Shown here: positions 21,001 through 30,005 of the stretch, piece after piece
Numbering within the stretch: the stretch's first letter is position 1
Layout: the number at the start of each line of letters is the position of its first letter
Source of the DNA: Candidatus Latescibacterota bacterium
Lineage (GTDB): Bacteria > Latescibacterota > UBA2968 > SICM01
DNA length: 64,000 nt
Direction: 5' to 3'
NCBI GenBank assembly: GCA_965217865.1
Contig: CBDCJO010000002.1
Span: 5,568,001-5,632,000, forward strand
Made by a program: the position numbers and the translations under genes
Notes under the pieces: model-generated
Seen by the model: the letters and a program-made list of their open reading frames with translations, nothing else
Told to the model about the DNA's origin: nothing
The model's database searches: none

Positions 21001-21354
21001 GATCCCCTTTACCTGATCAACCCTGTCCCGCACTTCCATACTGGCGAGGTCCATATCCGTACCCGATTTGAACTCCACCCGGACCGATGCTCCATCCTTC
21101 GAAGAGGTGGCACTCATCCTCTCGACATTTCCCAGTGTGCCCAGGGTCTCCTGAAGCGGAATCGTGATTTTTCGCTCCACCTCCTCGGGAGAGGATGAAG
21201 GGTAGCCGACGCTAACGGTTATGGATGAAGATGAAAAGCTCGGGAGCTGCTCCAGGGGGAGTCGGGTCAGGGATACGACACCCAGAACCACAGCGCTCAG
21301 GGTGATCATCACAAGGGAGACCGGCCGTTTTATCGCAAATTCAGCAAGGTTCAT
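18094..21354 (-). CDS. RND efflux permease subunit 2 (AcrB/MdtC-like, divergent)
   Basis: FAIKRPV start, GMLVDPAVV, FES..HP, GIVVNNGIVL, RMRPILMT. Confidence 0.92.
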   Translation of the reverse strand: MNLAEFAIKRPVSLVMITLSAVVLGVVSLTRLPLEQLPSFSSSSITVSVGYPSSSPEEVERKITIPLQETLGTLGNVERMSATSSKDGASVRVEFKSGTDMDLASMEVRDRVDQVKGILPEDLDQIRMRRWRTDERPILYANIAWRGGGDRLFDIVRKVIEPRLLRLDGVANVEVRGLAEKQLIVKLDQDRLEDHGVSLPALTWQVRNNNINISLGRVMDGDQRYLVRALGEFETPDEISQMPLGGRELRMRDLGRVVYDYPEKRSYERLNGVDAVTVQIYKSSVATVVDVARAARQALEDVRKSYKGQLDIQIVRDRSKQVLGEVDNLTNSAFLGAFLAIGIIFLFLRDIRSTLVIAVAIPVSALCVFTGMYLARTIFGSTITLNMVSMMGLMLAVGMLVDPAVVTLESIFRKRNEDGMKPREAALIGTREVGMAVFASGLTTMCVFIPFFFLTGSRMTAWLGDAGLTICLAIGVSMLVALSVIPLTSSRLFRSDYNRFDPWLKLTLASIFIGLSGWKIYKMGLGVFRAWMVQWFGRIGESLMGMEWSTCAGVLAAFILLSGLLWRFHTHGMRATYAKVLDWTLNHRFWTLAGTLVLFGTGVYLYLQIEQRGTPWSPERRVDITVELDRSYSLEEVREIFGEMEGAVIARKDQLDLASLSSRFGQRRGSLTARLVDADEGALSTMEAGIAIKRLLPRKVGVRYKVGRTRSWAGPLLGVEVELKGRDPDVLAVLAEEVKGELERFPGVQDVDTSMEDGEEEIRVEVDREQALSYGLSPREVATTIATALGTRRTSSFKAEDREIDIVLQLQDKDRVDVEQLKNSRFQGRDGARIQLGALANFRVQEGPRDLKREDRLPTLTVFANTEDRRQAFQLMGQIREMMASKTLPSGYSWDLGRAARWMQQDTREGYFMMLFALLLIYLIMASLFESLIHPFTIMLAIPFSLIGVSLGLYALDIPMDNNGVLGLLILFGIVVNNGIVLIDHINHFRREGLPRYEAVLRGGQNRMRPILMTAFTTILNLMPLVLPMIYGTSEGFARRWGPVGLVVVCGLASSTLLTLVLAPTLYTLLDDLALWTRRVIKEAWS

Positions 21355-21373
21355 AAGAAAATTGGGTTATGAG

Positions 21374-21408
21374 GGTCTGAAGTCCGGGGTCGAAAGTCAC
21401 GAGTCGGG
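21374..21408. repeat. Degenerate heptamer tandem repeat between the RND genes
   Basis: GGTCTGA AGTCCGG GGTCGAA AGTCACG AGTCGGG. Confidence 0.6.
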
Positions 21409-21417
21409 ATTGAAGTG

Positions 21418-24400
21418 TCATTCCCCACGGTCCACGATCGTATACACGATCGGTATCAGAATCAGGGTCAGCAGTGTGGATACGATGAGCCCCCCGATCA
21501 CCGTGATGGCCATTGGCGCGCGAATCTCGGCGCCTTCGCCCAGGCCAAGGGCCATCGGAAGCAGCCCCAGAACCGTGGTCGTTGTGGTCATGATGATCGG
21601 CCGAAAGCGGAGGGCGCCGGCACGAAGGACCGCATCAATTTTTGCCATCCCATCCCGTCTGCGGAGCTGATTGATATAGTCCACGAGAACGATCGCATTG
21701 TTCACGACAATTCCGGCGAGCATGATCAGTCCGATCAGGACGACCACGCTGATCGTCTGCCCGGTTATCATCAAGGCCAGAACGCTACCCACCAGACCCA
21801 GGGGAATGGTGCAGAGAATCACCAGGGGGTGAAGGAGGGACTCGAATTGAGAGGCCATCACCAGGTAGACCAGAAACACAGCCAGGAAAAGGGCAAATTT
21901 CATGCTGTCAAAAGATCGGACCATTTCCTCGTTCTGGCCTCCTACCGAAATGTCGAAACCTTCTGGAAGGGGGATCCCGGCCACGGCAACCTCGATATCC
22001 CGAACGACCCCTCCCAGATCCCGCCCGCTCAAATTTCCACCGACAACGGCCACCCGTTCCTGGTCCCGCCGACGGATCTCCGCAGCACCCACCACCAGCC
22101 TGACCTCCGCGACGGCTTCGAGCGGAACCGGTACCGGATATGAAGGCGGACCGACGTTCATCCGCTTCAAGTCGGCGACATCCTTTCGTTCATCTTCGAT
22201 TGCGCGGACCCGAATATCGATTTTCCGATCCTTTCGAGTCAGCGCCGTCGCAACGTCCCCCCGGAGTTTGTTTCTCAGAATCCCCCCGATGGCCTGAATC
22301 GTCGTCCCCAATTCTGCAACCCTTTGTCGGTCGAAGACCACCTGAATTTCTGGCTGTCCTTCCTCGGCACTCGACTTGACATCCACAAGCCCGGATATCC
22401 CCTCAATCCGTTCGGCTACCTCGGCGGCCAACAACCTCAGGGTGGTCAAATTATAGCCTGAGACCTCAACCTCGACAGGGGTTCTGAAAGAGAAGTAGGA
22501 CGGACGGGAGAATTTAAACCTCAAGTCCGGGACGCCACCAAGCCCATCGCGCACCTGTTCAACGACCCGGGTTTCATCCTCACGGGAAAAACCGGGGGTG
22601 AGACGGACGTACAACTGGGCGACGTGCTCTTTCTTTTCGTCCGCATACCCTCCCGCCTCCCCGCTGGCCCCGACCAACCCGAACACCGTCCCTACGCCAT
22701 CCAGGTCCAGAACCCTGCTGTCCAGGTCTGCCACCCGGAGGGCGGTTGTCTCCAACGGAGTGCCCGCCGGCCACTCCAGATCCACCATAAATTCCCCTTG
22801 GTTCATCTCCGGAATCAGCTCGAGCCCCAGGCGCTGAGCACGGTATAGGATGAGTGAGGATATAAGAATGAATCCGAGCAGGATCGGGATCCGTCTTCGA
22901 AGCGACCAGCCGAGAACGATCGGATATTGTTGACTCACGCAGGAATAGGCCGAATCAAACCCCCGAAAAAGGGGAAAGAGAAGCAATTTCACGAAGTTTC
23001 CCACCACTACGAACATACTCCGAAGCCTTTTCAGCACAGCGGCGGGACCGCGAATGAGCTTACCCCCGTGCCCCGACTCACCGTCCGCCCCCGGACCGTT
23101 TATGGCGATCGACGACAACATCGGGATCAACATCAGGGCGACCACCAGAGACGCCAGGAGGGAATAGGTGACGGTCAGGGCCTGATCGCGAAAGAGCTGA
23201 CCCGCCACTCCCTCCACGAACACAATCGGAACAAACACACAGACAGTGGTCAAGGTGGCGGCCACGACCGCCCTTCCCACCTCGCTGCTCCCACGCCTGG
23301 CCGCTTCCAGATCGGACAGCCCCTGATTTCGATAGCGATGAACGTTTTCGAGGACCACAATGGAGTTGTCGACAAGCATGCCGATACCAAGGGCAAGGCC
23401 CCCAAGAGACATAATGTTCAGGGTCACGTCGGACCCGAACATCAGGAAAAATGTGGCCAGCACCGAGATTGGAATGGATAATCCGATAATGACCGTGCTT
23501 TTAAGGCTCCTGAGGAAAAGATACAGGACGAGGATCGCCAGGAAACCGCCGAGGATCGCGGTGTTCTGCACCGCCTCGACGGCCTGCTGGATGAAGGTCG
23601 CCTGATCGAAGACCACCTGGATTTCACTTCCTTTTAAAAGATCCTCATATTCAAGGTTAATCGTATCCAGTTTTTGCCTGATGGTCCGGCTTACATGGAC
23701 GGTGTTCGCATCCCCCTCCTTGAATAAAGCGATTTCAACCCCTTCCTGACCGTTGATTCGTGTGATCACCTCCCGCTCCCTGTGGCTTCTCAGCACCCTT
23801 CCCACGTCGTTCAGTTTCAGAGGGGCCTGTCCGATCTGGCCCACCACGATATCTCCGATCTCCTCCATGCCACGGAATTCATTCAGTGTCCGTACCAAAA
23901 ATTCTGCCTCTCCATCTTTGAGGAGCCCTCCGGTAAGGTTCACATTTTCCGAGGCCAACCGGTCGGTTACCTGGTTTATGGGTATGCCGAGTTGGGCCAA
24001 TCGGGCGGTTTCCACTTCCACGTGAACCTCCTCCTCCAGACCCCCTTCGACCCGTACCGCTGCGACCCCTTCAAGGCTCTCCAGGTCCAACCGGATCCTC
24101 TCCTCCGCGATTCGTCTAAGTTCCATCAAGCCCGGTCCTCCGGACAGGGCCACCCGCATAATCGGATCCAGTGATGGATCGAACCGGAGAAGCACCGGCT
24201 TGCTGGCCTCCCGGGGCAACTGGGCAAGATCGAGTTTCTCTCGGATATCCAGGGAGGCGAAATCCATGTCGGTTCCCCAGACGAATTCAACCACCACATC
24301 CGAAACCCCCGCCCGGGAGATAGAACTCACCTGGATCACATTGCTCACCACCCCGACCAGACCTTCAATAGGCTCGGAGATAAGGCGTTCGATCTCGTTG

Positions 24401-24567
24401 GGTGCCGCCCCCGGGTACTCGGTACGGATCGTGATCGTCGGATAGGTGATATCAGGAAGGAGGTTCAGAGAAAGGCGGGAATAACCGACCAATCCAAAAG
24501 CGATGATGGCCACTTTCAACATGGCCACCGTAACACGACGACGGGTTGAGAATTCAACCAGCTTCAT
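21418..24567 (-). CDS. RND efflux permease subunit 1 (AcrB/MdtB-like)
   Basis: GMLVDNSIVVLEN, QFES..HP, GIVVNNAIVLVD, RFRPIIMT. Confidence 0.95.
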   Translation of the reverse strand: MKLVEFSTRRRVTVAMLKVAIIAFGLVGYSRLSLNLLPDITYPTITIRTEYPGAAPNEIERLISEPIEGLVGVVSNVIQVSSISRAGVSDVVVEFVWGTDMDFASLDIREKLDLAQLPREASKPVLLRFDPSLDPIMRVALSGGPGLMELRRIAEERIRLDLESLEGVAAVRVEGGLEEEVHVEVETARLAQLGIPINQVTDRLASENVNLTGGLLKDGEAEFLVRTLNEFRGMEEIGDIVVGQIGQAPLKLNDVGRVLRSHREREVITRINGQEGVEIALFKEGDANTVHVSRTIRQKLDTINLEYEDLLKGSEIQVVFDQATFIQQAVEAVQNTAILGGFLAILVLYLFLRSLKSTVIIGLSIPISVLATFFLMFGSDVTLNIMSLGGLALGIGMLVDNSIVVLENVHRYRNQGLSDLEAARRGSSEVGRAVVAATLTTVCVFVPIVFVEGVAGQLFRDQALTVTYSLLASLVVALMLIPMLSSIAINGPGADGESGHGGKLIRGPAAVLKRLRSMFVVVGNFVKLLLFPLFRGFDSAYSCVSQQYPIVLGWSLRRRIPILLGFILISSLILYRAQRLGLELIPEMNQGEFMVDLEWPAGTPLETTALRVADLDSRVLDLDGVGTVFGLVGASGEAGGYADEKKEHVAQLYVRLTPGFSREDETRVVEQVRDGLGGVPDLRFKFSRPSYFSFRTPVEVEVSGYNLTTLRLLAAEVAERIEGISGLVDVKSSAEEGQPEIQVVFDRQRVAELGTTIQAIGGILRNKLRGDVATALTRKDRKIDIRVRAIEDERKDVADLKRMNVGPPSYPVPVPLEAVAEVRLVVGAAEIRRRDQERVAVVGGNLSGRDLGGVVRDIEVAVAGIPLPEGFDISVGGQNEEMVRSFDSMKFALFLAVFLVYLVMASQFESLLHPLVILCTIPLGLVGSVLALMITGQTISVVVLIGLIMLAGIVVNNAIVLVDYINQLRRRDGMAKIDAVLRAGALRFRPIIMTTTTTVLGLLPMALGLGEGAEIRAPMAITVIGGLIVSTLLTLILIPIVYTIVDRGE

Positions 24568-25811
24568 TGCATATCCATCCGCTGCCGCCGACCCACGGGG
24601 CGTACGGCCGCACCATCCTTCAAACCCTCTTGACCGACGGTAATCACCCGGCCCCCCTCCTCAAGCCCGCTCAGTACCTCCACCCGTTCCCCATCCGTGA
24701 ACCCGAGCTCGATTCGAGTACGCCGGGCCGTACCGCGGTCGAGCACAAAAACATCGTCCTCGTCGGTTTCCAATATTAGGGCCTTCTTGGGTATGATCAA
24801 TGCCCTGGGATGTCGCTCTATGATGATCCTCACGGTGGCAAACATACCCGGTTTCAGAAGGCCGTGTTCCGCCGGGATCTCAACCGTGACCTTCACGGTT
24901 CCACTCTGGGGATCGACGCCCGGATTGATCATACGGACCCGGCCGGAAAATATTTTTTCAGGCAGCGAGTCTACGGAGATTCTGGCTTCCTGATCTTCCT
25001 CAACCTTATAGATTCGTTTTTCCGGAATGTGGATACGGGCATAAAGCGGGTTCAGGTCCGCCACGGCGAAGACCTCCTGATTGACCCGAACCATATCCCC
25101 CTGCTCAATCTCTCGCCGCATCACCATCCCCGGGACGGGCGCTCGGATATCGGCATACGCCAGGTTCAACCGGGCTTCCTCAAGGCTTACTCTGGTTGTT
25201 TCCATCTGGTTCCGTGCGGTTTCAAATTCCTCCTGACTGAACACTTCCCGCTCGTAAAGCTGCTGCGCCCGCTTGAAGGACCCCCGTGCCTGGTTGAGGG
25301 CTACTTCCGCCTGCTGAACGCGCAGAGCCAATTCCCTTTTGTCCAATCGAGCCAGTACCTGTCCTTCCCTGACCCGATGCCCTTCTTCCCCCACGAGCTC
25401 AATGACCAATCCCGCAGCTTGAGAAACCACATTGACCCAGCGATTCGCTTCGAGCCGGGCGTTGGTATGAATATATGCGGAGATCCCCTCCCGTCGCACG
25501 ACTTCGGTTTTTACCGGAACAGCCGCCGCCCCCTCTCGACCCCAACGCCCCCTTTGAGGAGCCCCTTTCCCTGGCCGTCGTCTCTGAGACCAGCCTCCAG
25601 ACCTCACCCTGGCCGAATCTCCCCCACCTTTGCCATCCTTGGACCAGCCTCCCCCCTGACGTTTGCGAGAGGGGTTCCCCGTCCCCCCTTTGCCATTGCC
25701 AAGCTCCTGTGAGGCCATCTTCTCGTCCCCTCCGCAACCCCCCATAGAAAATACGAGGAGGACCGAGATCCAAGATTGAATTCCCAACACGTGAGAAGTC
25801 CGATTCATCAT
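24564..25811 (-). CDS. RND periplasmic adaptor (membrane fusion protein), lipoprotein with G/R-rich N-terminal linker
   Basis: Lipobox-like MGGC, VREGQVLARLD, IRAPVPG, LKPGMFA, GL..G..VI. Confidence 0.92.
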   Translation of the reverse strand: MMNRTSHVLGIQSWISVLLVFSMGGCGGDEKMASQELGNGKGGTGNPSRKRQGGGWSKDGKGGGDSARVRSGGWSQRRRPGKGAPQRGRWGREGAAAVPVKTEVVRREGISAYIHTNARLEANRWVNVVSQAAGLVIELVGEEGHRVREGQVLARLDKRELALRVQQAEVALNQARGSFKRAQQLYEREVFSQEEFETARNQMETTRVSLEEARLNLAYADIRAPVPGMVMRREIEQGDMVRVNQEVFAVADLNPLYARIHIPEKRIYKVEEDQEARISVDSLPEKIFSGRVRMINPGVDPQSGTVKVTVEIPAEHGLLKPGMFATVRIIIERHPRALIIPKKALILETDEDDVFVLDRGTARRTRIELGFTDGERVEVLSGLEEGGRVITVGQEGLKDGAAVRPVGRRQRMDMQ

Positions 25812-25874
25812 GTAAAGATTCCTCGTGTTTTGAGTCTATTGATCCATGAGCAGACGTCCCACCTCAAAAAAAGT

Positions 25875-26471
25875 TTAATCCGATTTTCGTATCGGTTTTT
25901 GCACCCCGTGCAGAAAAATTCTCAGGACCTCCTCCACCATTTCGTCGACCTTCAACTTGTCGCCGTTAAATCGCATGGTTGACCGGATCATCCCCAATAG
26001 AATTTGTGCCTCGGTTTCTGTGTGGCGGATGTCAAAATTCCCGGTGTCCGCCCCGAATCTGAGGACTTCCCCGATGATCCCGATTAACTCCCCGCGCTCC
26101 CGCCACCAGCGCTTGCGATACTCAGGTTTCCTTCCCCTCGACCGCCCACCTTCCGCACCCATCAAACGGAAGAAATTCCGGTTCCGGTTAAGAAAGGAGA
26201 CAATGGCCCATACGGATGCACGGAGTCTCTCCAGGGGGTCGAGGACTTCCGAGGTCCGATTCCGAAGTTCCTTCTTTAATTTTGCGATCGCGTCAAATAC
26301 TACGGCAGAATGGAGATCCTCCTTGTCCCGAAAATAGCGGTAAAGCGTACCCTTTCCGACACCTGCATTTTGCGCCACATCATCCATAAGGACCTGATCG
26401 AAACGTTTTTGTGAGAAGAACTTGCTTGCACTCTGCAAAATTCGCGTCTGTCTGTCGATCTGCTTCGGCAT
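25875..26471 (-). CDS. TetR/AcrR family transcriptional regulator
   Basis: ILQSA..FF...MDDVAQNAGVGKGTLYRYF.DKEDL HTH; probable start MPKQ at 26471. Confidence 0.92.
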   Translation of the reverse strand: MPKQIDRQTRILQSASKFFSQKRFDQVLMDDVAQNAGVGKGTLYRYFRDKEDLHSAVVFDAIAKLKKELRNRTSEVLDPLERLRASVWAIVSFLNRNRNFFRLMGAEGGRSRGRKPEYRKRWWRERGELIGIIGEVLRFGADTGNFDIRHTETEAQILLGMIRSTMRFNGDKLKVDEMVEEVLRIFLHGVQKPIRKSD

Positions 26472-26496
26472 TCTAAAGCGATCCTTTTTCGATTGA

Positions 26497-26512
26497 AACT
26501 GACCGGTCAGTT
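26497..26512. promoter_or_regulatory. Perfect 16-bp palindrome, candidate TetR operator
   Basis: AACTGACCGGTCAGTT, 25 bp upstream of the tetR start codon. Confidence 0.7.
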
Positions 26513-26701
26513 CTATCCAGAAGAATATACAGGATTCCAGATCTCTGGGGAAGATTATTTTCCGATTAATCGATTTTGGGGGGGAAGGGAAGGGTTCGAG
26601 GGGAATTTTTTTCGGGTTTAGAGTTACAAGTCCGACAGAGTCAATTTTTTTTCGATTCACGAGCGACCACGATTCACACCATTCCGGTTTTTACCTTTAA
26701 C

Positions 26702-26875
26702 CTAATCCCGCCTTAAGTTCCGAAGCCGCTTTCTCCCCTCCATAATCTGTCGATGGAGGATTGTCAGGGTTTCTTTGACCTCTTTGGCACCGCTCCTTGC
26801 GGCTTGAAGCAGGTCGTCCTCAAGTTCCTCAAGCTCTGAGATGTGGGCATCCAGGACACGCCAGTCATGAACCAT
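26702..26875 (-). CDS. 57-aa coiled-coil-like small protein (absent from ORF track)
   Basis: GGGAGG SD 6 nt before the ATG; MVHDWRVLDAHISELEELEDDLLQAARSGAKEVKETLTILHRQIMEGRKRLRNLRRD; overlaps the upstream ORF by 11 nt. Confidence 0.55.
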   Translation of the reverse strand: MVHDWRVLDAHISELEELEDDLLQAARSGAKEVKETLTILHRQIMEGRKRLRNLRRD

Positions 26876-27179
26876 TGCCGGCCTCCCGCTTCGACCAGAT
26901 AAAGTTCGCGGCCGATCTTAATCGGTCCATGGTCGTTCGTCTATTATGCCGAAGACAGAGATTCCGAATGACCTTTCTGGACGTGCTATCGGGTTCCGCC
27001 CGGATAAATGAGGCCGCGCTTTGCCCATGTCGATGCGCGTTTTCCATCAGGTTTGAAAAAGCCTCCACGTCCATCGCATCTGTCAATTGGGCAAGTATCG
27101 TATCGTCCTCGATGAAATCGAGTTCTCCCGGTCGGTTCGGGTTTGACAAATCCGTGATCTCAGAGAAAGGGTTGTTCAA
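26865..27179 (-). CDS. Hypothetical protein (104 aa)
   Basis: Fills the gap between adh and tetR; upstream TTGACA-N17-TATCTT promoter-like motif at about 27245-27217. Confidence 0.55.
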   Translation of the reverse strand: MNNPFSEITDLSNPNRPGELDFIEDDTILAQLTDAMDVEAFSNLMENAHRHGQSAASFIRAEPDSTSRKVIRNLCLRHNRRTTMDRLRSAANFIWSKREAGNGS

Positions 27180-27261
27180 CGGCGAATTATTGTGGACTTT
27201 CTTAACCTGTATACCAAGATATGCCGACGTTTACGGGATGTCAAGCCGATTCAGGACCTGC

Positions 27262-28356
27262 CTACATTTGGAGCGACACCCGGGTCGCTCTTCCCTCCGC
27301 GGCAGCCGAGAAGGCCTCATTGATATTTTCAAACGGGATCACGTGGGAGATAATTCTGTCGAAGGGATACCTCGACCGGGTCCGCTGGATCATGTCCAGA
27401 GCCCTCGGGATCACCCACGGCTCGTATACGATGACGCACTCAACCTTCTGGCTCCCCCGGACCATCGTCCCCGGATCGATCTCCGTCCCGAAACCCGGGC
27501 TGACGTTTCCGATCCAGAGATAACGGCCCCCAAACCTGAGCATCCTCGTCCCCTCCTGAATGACAGACGGAGCCCCGGTGAACTCGGCTATCACGTCGGC
27601 TCCGGTGTCCCCGGTCCAATCTCTTACCTGTTCCACGCGTTGATCCGATGTGGTCTCCGCGGCATTCAGGACCCGGTCGGCCCCGAACTTGAGGGCAAGC
27701 GAAAGGCGATCCTCGAACCGATCGATGCTGATAACCAACCCCGCGCCCATCTCCTTCGAAATCGCTGCGGCGTAAAGTCCCAGCCCGCCCGCTCCCTGGA
27801 TCACCACGATGTCGCCGATCACGACACCGATCTGGTTCAACCCGTACAATGCCTGCGCCATTGCGCAATTTATGGGGGAAACAGACCGGTCGGGCAGTCC
27901 ATCCGGGACGTGAAAGATCCAGTGATTCGATCGGAGGTAGTAGTAGTCCCCAAATGCCCCGTGAAAGTGGGGGGGATCATCCGCGGAGACGTTCAACCAG
28001 TTGCGGTAGCGGTTGGGACAGCCTGGGGTTCCGATCAGACAGGCCGGGCATGCCCCACAAGGCGAGAAATAGGAATAGACGATCCGGTCCCCTTCCCTCA
28101 AGGGCTTCCCGGTGCTGTCTGCCTTCACATCCCGGCCGACCTTATCGACGATGCCTACCATCTCATGGCCCAACACCTGGGGGATGTCTCTTCGAATCTT
28201 TGGACCTTTTCCGCGCCAGAAATGAATATCCGAACCACAGATGTTCGCGAGGGACACCTTCACAACGAGCGCGTCCGGTGCGGGGTCGGGTACGGGATAC
28301 TCACGGATCTCCAAAGGCTCCTCGGGTCCGACAAAAACCGCTACGCGTCCAGTCAT
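27262..28356 (-). CDS. Zinc-dependent alcohol dehydrogenase (MDR family)
   Basis: ICGSDIH, GHEMVG, CGACPAC...C structural Zn site, GAGGLG. Confidence 0.92.
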   Translation of the reverse strand: MTGRVAVFVGPEEPLEIREYPVPDPAPDALVVKVSLANICGSDIHFWRGKGPKIRRDIPQVLGHEMVGIVDKVGRDVKADSTGKPLREGDRIVYSYFSPCGACPACLIGTPGCPNRYRNWLNVSADDPPHFHGAFGDYYYLRSNHWIFHVPDGLPDRSVSPINCAMAQALYGLNQIGVVIGDIVVIQGAGGLGLYAAAISKEMGAGLVISIDRFEDRLSLALKFGADRVLNAAETTSDQRVEQVRDWTGDTGADVIAEFTGAPSVIQEGTRMLRFGGRYLWIGNVSPGFGTEIDPGTMVRGSQKVECVIVYEPWVIPRALDMIQRTRSRYPFDRIISHVIPFENINEAFSAAAEGRATRVSLQM

Positions 28357-28414
28357 GGAAAACCTCCGTTACAATACCTTGAATTCAAGACTCACGGTGT
28401 GGAACCTCGCCGCC

Positions 28415-29056
28415 TTATTCCGTATCCCAGGCCTTCGGGTAGTGCACCCTTCCCTCGATTCTGAGCCCGACGGTTGTCCTCCGAATCCGATTCGTACGTT
28501 GTTTCGAATCCTCCTCCTCAGCAAATACCTTTCTCCTCTGTTCTGCTGCCCACGCCAGATAGTCCGCAAATTTACCGTTGAATACGGACTCCATCCCTTT
28601 GCGAATTCGCTGGGACACCCCGGGTCCCTCTCCACTTGTGCTGATCGCGATCCGAAGAGCGCCCTGTCGCACTAAAGCCGGCATCAAGAAATTCGAAAAT
28701 TCGGGTTGGTCGTGTGCGTTCAAAAGAAACCTCTTTTCCAGCGAGCAGTCCATGAGACGGCCGCTCATCGCTCGATCGGACGCAACGGTGTTCATGACAA
28801 GATGGATCCCCTCCAGATCCTCCTCTTTGAACCGCCTTCGATGGACCGCGATTCGGCCATCTCCCTGCATCCGTTCCAACTTCCGGGTCAGATCCGGACT
28901 GACGATCGTCACGCGGCCAAAGGCCTCCAAAAGTCTCACAGTCCTTTCTTCGGCTACAAGCCCACCGCCCACCACCAGGCAGGGGCGATTCCTCAAATCG
29001 AGCGTGACCTGGTAACCCGGATTTCCGAGAATCCCCTCTTGACCCGAAGATGTCAT
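28415..29056 (-). CDS. Precorrin-2 dehydrogenase/sirohydrochlorin ferrochelatase (SirC/CysG N-terminal)
   Basis: LVVGGGLVA, N..DQPE.SNF.MPA, IAISTSG..P; GGAGG SD before ATG 29056. Confidence 0.88.
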   Translation of the reverse strand: MTSSGQEGILGNPGYQVTLDLRNRPCLVVGGGLVAEERTVRLLEAFGRVTIVSPDLTRKLERMQGDGRIAVHRRRFKEEDLEGIHLVMNTVASDRAMSGRLMDCSLEKRFLLNAHDQPEFSNFLMPALVRQGALRIAISTSGEGPGVSQRIRKGMESVFNGKFADYLAWAAEQRRKVFAEEEDSKQRTNRIRRTTVGLRIEGRVHYPKAWDTE

Positions 29057-29160
29057 GAACGCCTCCAATTCACTCCGTACCGTTTCCGATTTTACACTTT
29101 ACAGATACGTTCTCGCCGGTTATATTGAAGTTTCCGTCCCGTCACATCAAGGGGAACGAT

Positions 29161-29922
29161 ATGACCGAAAACAAGCTCAAAACTACGTTGAAGGATGGCC
29201 AGGTTGTCCTGGGACCATTCGTGAACCTGGCTTCTCCCGCCTTGATCGAGATCGCCGCCTTCGCAGGATTCGACTTCGTCATCCTCGACACGGAACACGC
29301 ACCCCTCGATGTTTCCACGTGCGAGGACCTCTGCAGGGTCGCTGACTCCGTGGGCATCTCTCCGATCGTACGCGTCAGGGAAAACAACGGGCCACAAATC
29401 CTTCGCGCATTGGACGTGGGTGCAGCCGGCGTCCAGGTTCCCCAGATTTGCTCGATGGCCGACGCACAGGCCGTGGTGCACGCTGGGAAGTACGCTCCCC
29501 TGGGAATGCGTGGACTGTCTCCCTACACACGGGCCTCCTGGTATTCAGCCCATGGCACCAAGGTCACGGACCGGCTGAACGAACTGTCCATGTTGCTGGT
29601 CCACGTGGAGGGGGTCGATGGCCTGAACAACCTGGATGATATCCTCTCCGTGGAAGGCCTCGATGTGATCTTCCTGGGTCCGTACGATCTCTCGCAGTCC
29701 CTTGGCATCCCGGGCGAGGTGACCGATTCCCGGGTGGTGGACCGGATGAGGGAGGCATCCTCCCGGATCCGCGATGCCGGGCTTGCCGTGGGGACCTTTG
29801 CAGACGACCCGGATGCCGCCAAACGCTGGATCGATGCAGGGGTGCAGTACGTCTCCCTCTCTGTCGATACCGGAATGTATCTCAAGGTCTGCCGTCAGAT
29901 GGTCAAGGCGATCAGACGATAA
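29161..29922 (+). CDS. HpcH/HpaI aldolase family protein
   Basis: GFDFVILDTEH, LDVGAAGVQVP, KYAPLGMRG, FLGPYDLS. Confidence 0.92.
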   Translation: MTENKLKTTLKDGQVVLGPFVNLASPALIEIAAFAGFDFVILDTEHAPLDVSTCEDLCRVADSVGISPIVRVRENNGPQILRALDVGAAGVQVPQICSMADAQAVVHAGKYAPLGMRGLSPYTRASWYSAHGTKVTDRLNELSMLLVHVEGVDGLNNLDDILSVEGLDVIFLGPYDLSQSLGIPGEVTDSRVVDRMREASSRIRDAGLAVGTFADDPDAAKRWIDAGVQYVSLSVDTGMYLKVCRQMVKAIRR

Positions 29923-30005
29923 GTTAAGGTTTCCTTGGTCCGGGGTCGATATATTCCGCACCGGATCATTAGCCCGCCAGGCGAATCCCCGCTGTCGAGA
30001 TTGAT

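Noticed and set aside
26786-26801. Sigma-54 promoter-like TGGCAC...TTGC
   Set aside because: GG-to-GC spacing is 11 rather than 10 nt, and it lies inside a probable coding region on the other strand
26829-26867. Possible selenocysteine read-through (TGA then LACPGCPH) of the 104-aa ORF
   Set aside because: Extension is only 11 codons, no SECIS-like hairpin is evident, and an overlapping ORF with a strong SD explains the region
26797-28464. 555-aa plus-strand ORF
   Set aside because: Antisense shadow of the Zn-ADH and neighbouring genes; no motifs; long shadow ORFs are expected at this GC content
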